DNA of 64,000 nt, from positions 1,178,001 to 1,242,000 of the forward strand of contig NIVC01000038.1 in the NCBI GenBank assembly GCA_002269645.1, in the 5' to 3' direction. The notes beneath the pieces were generated by a model, which saw only the letters and a list, made by a program, of their open reading frames with translations, was not told the DNA's origin and made no database searches. The translations under genes and the position numbers were made by a program. Below are positions 55,325 to 64,000 of this stretch, in pieces (positions within the stretch are counted from its first letter, which is position 1; each line of letters starts with the position of its first letter). The stretch is from Macrostomum lignano. Its lineage: Eukaryota.

Positions 55325-57125
55325 ACGAATCGCCCCTCAATTCCTGCAAGGAATCGCCCTTCAACTACAGCAAGGAATCGCCCCTCAACTGCAGCAAGGA
55401 ATCGCCCCTCAACTGCAGCAAGGAATCGCCCCTCAACTGCAGCAAGGAATCGCCCCTCAACTACAGCAAAGAATCGCCCCTCAACTGCAGCAAAGAATCG
55501 CCCCTCAACTGCAGCAAGGAATCGCCCCTCAACTGCAGCAAGGAATTGCCTATAAACTACAGCAAGGAATCGCCTATAAACTACAGCAAGGAATCGCCTA
55601 TAAACTACAGCAAGGAATCGCCTATAAACTACAGCAAGGAATCGCCTATAAACTACAGCAAGGAATCGCCCCTCAACTACAGCAAGAAACCGCCCCTCAA
55701 GATTTCAGCAAGAAATGCCTGTGGCTGTACAATTGTTATCCTGCAACTCAATACCATATGATTAAGAACTGGCTCACTATCAGCATGGGGACAGTATGTG
55801 TCATGAAGCATGGTATAATCAGTCTCTATGCACAGATTTGTATCTGCTCCGCATGGTGACTGTGACAGAGGTACTGCTCGATCTCTCATATGGACGAATA
55901 TTATAAGATTAAATTACTGCACTGCACAGGACTAGAACAGGCGTCTTGTCAGTAACAACTTCACCAAATAAACTTCTGCCTGAACATACATTTGTATAAT
56001 CAATCATTATAAAATATATCTAACAATTTGAGAAAGGATTGACTAACCAGACCCAAATCAATCAACGATTTGTTTAACCGGAACCGAATCAAATTTTAAA
56101 GCGGGACCGCCCGCGCACCCCTCACTGCCCCCTTGCTGCATTTCGTTGTCGATCCCCCATTGGCCTGGGTCGGGTCTCAGCGCGACCAACCAGAAGAGCC
56201 TGCGTGTGGGAGGCGAATAACTCCCTCATTTTTAGCGGCCAAAAGCAGCTCAAATTCAAAAGGAAAAATTATCTAAAGACTTCAAAACGACTATACTTAT
56301 ATTTACAAGGAGGTGTCTATTTATTATTCAGAAAAGAATCGCCCTTCAACTACAGCAAAGAATCGCTCCTCAACTGCAGCAAGGAATCGCCCTCAACTGC
56401 AGCAAGGAATCGCCCTCAACTGCAGCAAGGAATCGCCCCTCAACTGCAGCAAGGAATCGCCCTTCAACTACAGCAAGGAATCGCCCTCAACTACAGCAAG
56501 GAATCGCCCCTCAACTACAGCAAGGAATCGCCCCTCAACTGCAGCAAGGAATCGCCCTTCAACTACAGCAAAGAATCACCCTTCAACTACAGCAAGGAAT
56601 CGCCCTTCAACTGCAGCAAGGAATCGCCCTTCAACTGCAGCAAGGAATCGCCCCTCAACTGCAGCAAGGAATCGCCCTTTAACTGCAGCAAGGAATCGCC
56701 CTTCAACTACAGCAAGGAATCGCCCCTCAACTGCAGCAAGGAATCGCCCTTCAACTGCAGCAAGGAATCGACCCTCAACTGCAGCAAGGAATCGCCCTTC
56801 AACTGCAGCAAGGAATCGCCCCTCAACTGCAGCAAGGAATCGCCCTCAACTGCAGCAATTAGGGATCGCCCCTCAACTGCAGCAAGGAATCGCCCTCAAC
56901 TGCAGCAAGGAATCGCCCCTCAACTGCAGCAAGGAATCGCCCTCAACTGCAGCAATTAGGGATCGCCCCTCAACTGCAACAAGGAATCGCCCTCAACTGC
57001 AGCAATTAGGGATCGCCCCTCAACTGCAACAAGGAATCGCCCTCAACTGCAGCAATTAGGGATCGCCCCTCAACTGCAGCAAGGAATCGCCCTCAACTGC
57101 AGCAATTAGGGATCGCCCCTCAACT
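55325..57125. repeat. Two arrays (55325-55700 and 56335-57125) of the same ~24-bp unit (CAGCAAGGAATCGCCCCTCAACTG)
   Basis: The same unit occurs in both arrays, separated by ~630 bp of unique sequence. Confidence 0.92.
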
Positions 57126-57132
57126 ACAGCCA

Positions 57133-60100
57133 ATGGATCCCAGCTTGTTCCAGCATCATCATCAATCGTCCATATTTTATCCGCACAGCTTCGACCCTCA
57201 TCAGCAGCCCCCGATGCCCGCCTGTCACGCTCAGCAGCAATTTCCCAATCAGCCTCATCATCAGCACCAGCAGCTCCAGCATCAGCAGCATCAGCCAGCC
57301 GGCAAGAAGCGCGGCCGTCTTGACCCCCGCCTCCGTCGCATCCATCAGCGCAAGGCGGCCAATCAGCGCGAGCGCAAGCGGATGCGCTCCATCAATGCCG
57401 CGTTTGAAGGCCTACGAAGGCGCCTGCCAGTGGAGCAGTCCGAGGACAGGAGGCTGTCCAAGGTGGAGACGCTCAAGCACGCCATCCAGTACATTCAGGG
57501 CCTCGCCGATCTGCTCAACGCTTTGGAGGCCGACGAGGCCAGGACCAACCCTGATGGCGTGGCCGCCAGGAGGAGGGCCAAGATTGTCCTGCTGTGCAGG
57601 ACTGCCAATGATGAGGGGTCTTCGACGGCTTCGGCTGCTGCTGGCAGTGGCTGGCAAGGTGAGTTGATTGAGCTTGATTCTCATGGGTGAGATGGATCTC
57701 CCTCTCCGCTGTCTACCATCTCCCTCTCCGCTGTCTACCCTCTCCTTCTCCGCTGTCTACCCTCTCCTTCTCCGCTGTCTACCCTCTCCTTTTCCGCTGT
57801 CTACCCTCTCCCTCTCCGCTGTCTACCCTCTCCGTCTCCACTGTCTACCCTCTCCTGCTCCGCTGTCTACCCTCTCCCTCTCCGCTGTCTACCCTCTCCT
57901 TCTCCGCTGTCTACCCTCTCCTTCTCCGCTGTCTACCATCTCCCTTTCCGTTGTCTACCATCTCCCTCTCCGCTGTCTACCCTCTCCTTCTCCGCTGTCT
58001 ACCCTCTCCCTTTCCGCTGTCTACCCTCTCCCTCTCCGCTGTCTACCCTCTCCCTCTCCGCTGTCTACCCTCTCCCTCTCCGCTGTCTACCCTCCACTGT
58101 CTACCATCTCCCTTTCCGCTGTCTACCCTCTCCCTTTCCGCTGTCTACCCTCTCCCTCTCCGCTGTCTACCCTCTCCTTCTCCGCTGTCTACCCTCTCCT
58201 TCTCCGCTGTCTACCATCTCCCTTTCCGTTGTCTACCCTCACCCTCTCCGCTGTCTACCCTCACCCTCTCCGCTGTCTACCCTCACCCTCTCCGCTGTCT
58301 ACCCTTTACTATAGAACCATCTCCAACATGTAGCAAAAGGTTTAACTTATATTAATAATTGGGCCAAAAAGTCAATCAGCTAGCATTAATAATTTAAATA
58401 GAAAATATAATGGAACTAAACAAAGATTGCATTTTTTCGTGAGACTACTATGTAGCTCTATTATATGCGCCAATGTATATATATATCGATATCTATACAG
58501 CTCTGCGATATAACTGCATTAATAAATGATTGATCGAACCGAATAGAAGAATCGCTGCCTGCATGCATGCAGCTCACTCGCTTTTATAGAATGCAAACAC
58601 TTGATGTTGGAGGCTGCGGCTATAGCAGCAAAAGGCGCGGGAACTGCCAGCAGTATAAGGGGAGAGACAGACTTGGAGAGACAGAAAAATGGCCCCTCGA
58701 GACATTGCGCAACCGTTCCTGCAGGCAGCTAGATTTTGAAACCCTCTTATACTTGTTAATCCTTATCACACTAAATCCTTTGTTAAGAAGTCCGCCCAGC
58801 AGCAGACTTAATGCTAATGATGTAACTATGCACACACAGCAGCATATTCTGGGTTTGAGAATGACGGACACTTCAGTTGGGGAAATTATGAAATTGTTGC
58901 CAAGTTGCTGAGAGAAGGTGCTGAAGGATTGAAGGAGGCTGGGTCTGCTCAGTATGGAGCTGCTTGAGAACTCTCTCAAGGAAAAAGTGGGTCCGGGAGT
59001 TGCTTCGGGGTTTTTCACTCTTTCTGACCCGTTATGCTCTTCAGGAAAAGTCGCTGTTGCTTCAACGGTTGCTTCTTCAGGGGCTGCTTCTTCAGGGGCT
59101 GTTTCTTCAGGAGATGTTTCTTCAGGGGCTGCTTCTTCAGGAGATGTTTCTTCAGGGGCTATTTCTTCAGGGGCTTGGTTCTTCAGGAGATGTTTCTTCA
59201 GGGGCTGCTTCTTCAGGAGATGTTTCTTCAGGGGCTGCTTCTTCAGGGGCTGCTTCTTCAGGGGCTGTTTCTTCAGGGGATGTTTCTTCAGGGACTGTTT
59301 CTTCAGGGGCTTGGTTCTGCTTGGTTCTTCAGGGGCTGTTTCTTCAGGGGCTTGGTTCTGCTTGGTTCTTCAGGGGCTGTTTATTCAGAGGCTGTTTCTT
59401 CAGAGGTATAGCAATAGCGACAAAATCAAGGTGAACAATAACAATGATCAAAATCATATGCTTGGAATGCGAACTTTCACTCACTATTAGTTCAATTCTC
59501 ACTAATTTAATTCTATAATAGCACACGTGGCCATGTCCGCCGCCCAGATCCCCCCGTTGTAGTCACCATGGTCAGGAACAGCCGCACACAGGCAAGAAGA
59601 TGCCTGTGTGCGTGACATGTTATAGACAATAAATCTTATCATTGATGTTGTGTGACTGTGGCTTTGGCCACTTCAGATCTTGTGGCTCTCATCCGTCTCG
59701 ATTCTCCATCCACATCCTTTTAATGTGAATTAAACAACCGACGCGTGTGCACCTCCGTATGCAACTGTGCTTTCCCCTGTCTGCTTGTGCGTGACTTGCT
59801 GGGGATGCGATGCTGCATGGGAACTGTTAGGATTCGAGCTGAATTGTTTCAAACCATATCGAGTTTTTGTTACTGGCCAGTTCAGGATGTTCTGCTCTCT
59901 CTACTCTCCTACCAACCCTGTCTACTATCCTATCTACTCTGTCTACTGTTCTGTTAGCTACCATATCTACTCTCTGTTATCTACCCTGTCTACTCTCTGT
60001 TAACTACCCTGTCTACTCTGTTATCTACCCTGTCTACTCTCTGTTATCTACCCTGTCTACTCTCTGTTAACTACCCTGTCTACTCTGTTATCTACCCTGT

Positions 60101-63090
60101 CTACTCTCTGTTATCTACCCTGTCTAATCTGTTATCTACCCTGTCTACTCTCTGTTAACTACCCTGTCTACTCTGTTATCTACCCTGTGTCTTCTGTTAT
60201 CTACCCTGTCTACTCTCTGTTATCTACCCTGTCTACTCTGTTATCTACTCTGTCTACTCTGCTATCTACTCTGTCTACTCTCTGTAAACTACCCTGTCTA
60301 CTCTGCTATCTACCCGGTCTACTCTCTGTTAACTACCCTGTCTACTCTGCTATCTATCCTGTCTACTCTCTGTTAACTACCCTGTCTACTCTGTTATCTA
60401 CCCTGTGTCTTCTGTTTTCTACCCTGTCTACTCTCTGTTAACTACCCTGTGTCTTCTGTTTTCTACCCTGTCTACTCTCTGTTATCTACCCTGTCTACTC
60501 TGTTGTCTACCCTGTCTACTCTGTTATCTACCCTGTCTACTCTGTTATCTACCCTGTCTACTCTGTTAACTACCCTGTCTACTCTGTTATCTACCCTGTC
60601 TACTCTGTTATCTACCCTGTCTACTCTGTTATCTACCATGTCTACTCTGTTATCTACCCTGTCTACTCTGTTATCTACCCTGTCTACTCTGTTATCTACC
60701 CTGTCTACTCTGTTATCTACCCTGTCTACTCTGTTATCTACCCTGTCTACTCTGTTATCTACCCTGTCTACTCTGTTATCTACCCTGTCTACTCTGTTAT
60801 CTACCCTGTCTACTCTGTTATCTACCATGTCTACTCTGTTATCTACCCTGTCTACTCTGTTATCTACCCTGTCTACTCTGTTATCTACCCTGTCTACTCT
60901 GTTATCTACCCTGTCTACTCTGTTATATACCCTGTCTACTCTGTTATCTACCCTGTCTACTCTGTTATCTACCCTGTCTACTCTGTTATCTACCCTGTCT
61001 ACTCTGTTATCTACCCTGTCTACTCTGTTATCTACCCTGTCTACTCTGTTATCTACCATGTCTACTCTCTGCTATCTACCCTTTCTGCCCTCTTATCTAA
61101 CCTGCCCCCTACTTCTCATATCTACTTTATTTCCTATCAGAAGTCTGAGTTCTCATGCACTGATATTTTCTATACGTAATAAAATCAACCAAAGTAAAAT
61201 TCAGAATCAATCCAAATCTCACGAAAGCCGTTTATTGAAAGCTTAATAAAAAATTCACCATTATACTGAGGTATAGATTTACTTGCTCTAACACTTCATC
61301 ACCTTCACCAGTCTCCACTTGAAGCTTTGACAGGCCTATAATACACAATACAACAACTGAGAGCTGGACAAGCCACCGGCAAAGGTGCCAAGGAATTAAC
61401 GGTCAAGATTAACTGGTTGAGCGCATAACGCACCCATACGCGTGGCCAGTCAAAATCGCTTTCACACTGTATGCTAAGAAAGTTTTACACAATGATCCGA
61501 AATTCTTTATAAAAGATGAAGAACCGCTTTACAAGGAATTCGACCATTAGGCCACGTGGCTACCATGCAGACCCGCCATCCTTGATCTGCTTGGGAACTT
61601 TGCAGCAACTCAGCCCCCTTAACTCACCGATCCCTTCGAAATAAAACACGTGCTCCCTGCACACTTGCACACTTCAATAGTGCGATAAAATATGCTTGTT
61701 AAAGGAGGTCTTTGTCGCGAATTTCTATACAAGAAAGCTCGGGCGCATGTTCCTCGGCCAGATACGGCCCTTGCCGTTTAAAAAACTTCTTGCCTCCTTC
61801 AGTTTTATATTGACGAGTGATGAAAAAATGAACAAATTACCATCGCAAGCAGATGGCTGCAAAACGTGCCTGACCAAGGGATCAATTGACTCTCGTGAGC
61901 ACTGGGGAGCAATGGCTGCGCGTCACTCAACTAAGTGTCTGTCTTTCACTATTTTATACCACACAGAGAGTCACGTAAATTGGCTCAAGGCTCAAGCATT
62001 CTTTGATAGAAATTCTTCTTTTAGCTTTTGATTCTCGCAAAATTTAAGGTTTTCAATAGCTCGCTATTAGTGGCAGTCTGGTATTTGAAGGGTAGAGAAG
62101 AGAAAAGTAAAGTAGGGTAGACAGAGTAGGGTAGAGAGATAAAAAAGAGAGTAGGCTAGAGAGTGTAGGCTAGAGAGTTTAGGCTAGAGTAGGGTAGAGA
62201 GATTAGGGTAGAGAGAGTAGGGTAGAGAGATTAGGGTAGAGAGAGTAGGGTAGAGAGAGTAGGGTAGAGAGAGTAGGGTAAACAGAGAGTAGGGTAGAGA
62301 GATTAGGGTAGAGAGAGTAGGGTAGAGAGATTAGGGTAGAGAGAGTAGGGTAGAGAGTGTAGGCTACAGAGTAGGGTAGAGAGAGTAGGGTAGAGAGAGT
62401 AGGGTAGAGAGAGTAGGGTAGAGAGAGTAGGGTAGAGAGTAGGGAGAGAGTAGGGTAGAGAGAGTAGGGTAGAGAGTAGGGAGAGAGTACGGTAGAGAGT
62501 AGGGAGAGAGTAGGGTAGAGAGAGTAGGGTAAAGAGATTTGGGTAGAGAGAGTAGGGTAGAGAGAGTAGGGTAGAGAGTAGGGAGAGAGTACGGTAGAGA
62601 GTAGGGAGAGAGTAGGGTAGAGAGAGTAGGGTAAAGAGATTTGGGTAGAGAGAGTAGGGTAGAGAGAGTAGGGTAGAGAGTAGGGAGAGAGTAGGGTAGA
62701 GAGTAGGGTAGAGAGTAGGGAGAGAGTAGGGTAGAGAGCAATGAACTAAAAAACAAAAGTAATACTTGTGCATCTCTCGCCATGCCTCCCCAAACGGTCG
62801 CCCCGGTTCCAGCGCCCCAGCAGGCCATCCCGGACCTGGCAGACAGCAGCTGCCTGCTGGATTCTGACGACTCTCTACAGATGATGGACGACGATCCGGA
62901 AGGCGAGCTCGGCGAAGTCTGGGGCCACTCGCTGGCCTGGATAGACCAGAGAGGCGATTTCGAACGGCTCATCCGCTGTCCGAACGGCCCGGAAGATCCG
63001 ACGGAGGCTAGCAGGTCGCGGGTTCGAGCCCGGATTTGGCGACCAACCCAAACGGCCACGGGAATGTGGTTTGGCGGAGGGGACGTTTGA
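57133..63090 (+). CDS. ptf1a: Pancreas transcription factor 1a-like bHLH, ~267 aa (exons 57133-57658, 62813-63090)
   Basis: bHLH QRKAANQRERKRMRSINAAFEGLRRRLP...RLSKVETLKHAIQYIQGL, post-HLH AKIVLLC, and exon 2 motifs GHSLAW and RIWRP (Ptf1a C1 HSLSW and C2 VWTP). Phase-1 donor GTGAGT at 57659 matches acceptor TTCCAG at 62812. Confidence 0.85.
57695..58310. repeat. Intronic ~21-bp repeat (CTCCGCTGTCTACCCTCTCCC)
   Basis: Direct reading. Confidence 0.92.
59075..59405. repeat. Intronic 15-bp repeat (TTCTTCAGGGGCTGC/T)
   Basis: Direct reading. Confidence 0.9.
59905..61085. repeat. Intronic 21-bp repeat (TCTACCCTGTCTACTCTGTTA)
   Basis: Direct reading, more than 50 copies. Confidence 0.95.
62100..62740. 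repeat. Intronic purine-rich 14-16-bp repeat (AGAGTAGGGTAGAG)
   Basis: Direct reading. Confidence 0.92.
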
Positions 63091-63589
63091 AGGTCATTCT
63101 TCAAGCAATATCGTCACCTTGTCTGGCGACTTTCTCTTCAGCCGCCTAAAGATATTTTATTTGTGCATAAAAGTTGTTTCAACAGTTTAACAATGAGAGT
63201 TTTGCTCTATAAATTAAAGCAATTGTGTAGTTTTTTAATCCTCTAGGAGGCTGAGTGCATGCTAATGAGCTTGTTTATAATGAGCTATATAAATATAATT
63301 ATCTTTAAATATACAGCAGCAACTACCATAACTTCTACTGTATAATTGCAGTCTCCTATGTCTCCTATCGTCAGGTGTACATGCCTGTCGATATTAGACA
63401 GTCGGGGGCGCCGTACACCCTGTGTGAGCGTGTGTACTAATTAGCTGTGAGGCGTGATCTCTGCGCGCGTGTGTGCTCAGCTCAGACACCTCAGGATGGC
63501 GGCTAAGACTGAGGAGATCCCATTTTTGGTCCGATATTAGTTTTCTTCATTTCATCCTACTTTTACCACCCTGAATAACCCTCTTCTAT

Positions 63590-64000
63590 CATCTGTGAAT
63601 CACCCTCTTCCCTCTCTGAGTCACCCTCTCTTCCCTCTCTGAGTCTCTCTCTCTTTCCTCTCTGAGTCTCTCTTTTCCCTCTCTGAGTCTCTCTCTATTC
63701 CCTCTCTGAGTCACCCTCTCTTCCCTCTCTGAGTCTCTCTTTTCCCTCTCTGAGTCTCTCTCTATTCCCTCTCTGAGTCACCCTCTCTTCCCTCTCTGAG
63801 TCTCTCTTTTCCCTCTCTGAGTCTCTCTCTATTCCCTCTCTGAGTCACCCTCTCTTCCCTCTCTGAGTCTCTCTTTTCCCTCTCTGAGTCACCCTCTTCC
63901 CTCTCTGAGTCTCTCTTTTCCCTCTCCGAGTCACCCTCTTCCCTCTCTGAGTCTCTCTTTTCCCTCTCCGAGTCACCCTCTTCCCTCTCTGAGTCTCTCT
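63590..64000. repeat. CT-rich ~22-25-bp repeat (CTCTCTGAGTCACCCTCTCTTCC), running off the window end
   Basis: Direct reading. Confidence 0.9.

Overview
Eukaryotic (animal) genomic DNA, not prokaryotic: GC-rich exons, GT-AG introns, and introns packed with locus-specific tandem repeats. The gene set and intron style resemble a free-living flatworm such as Macrostomum (inference, not confirmed). Six spliced genes could be rebuilt by hand with consistent reading-frame phases. (1) A short TTC28-like TPR gene (-). (2) A predicted ~1,475-aa fusion of Cys-rich atypical ankyrin-like repeats, canonical ankyrin repeats and a cGAS-like/Mab-21 nucleotidyltransferase with intact catalytic motifs (+). The ORF track shows it as separate ORFs, but a phase-matched intron carrying an antisense LTR with a tRNA-Leu PBS joins them. 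(3) A DEG/ENaC channel (+) 1.4 kb downstream of it. (4) Glycerol kinase 5 (+) with a GC-AG first intron. (5) A secreted antistasin-repeat protein (-). (6) Ptf1a (+), whose RBPJ-binding motifs sit in an exon 5 kb downstream. Mobile DNA includes an RTE-like LINE fragment, a decayed Ty3/gypsy element, a 4.9-kb Mutator-like element with ~780-bp TIRs and a perfect 9-bp TSD, a Kolobok-like TTAA MITE and two tiny hAT MITEs. Most long ORFs in the track that overlap repeats are artefacts. All gene models are manual predictions and no database searches were run.
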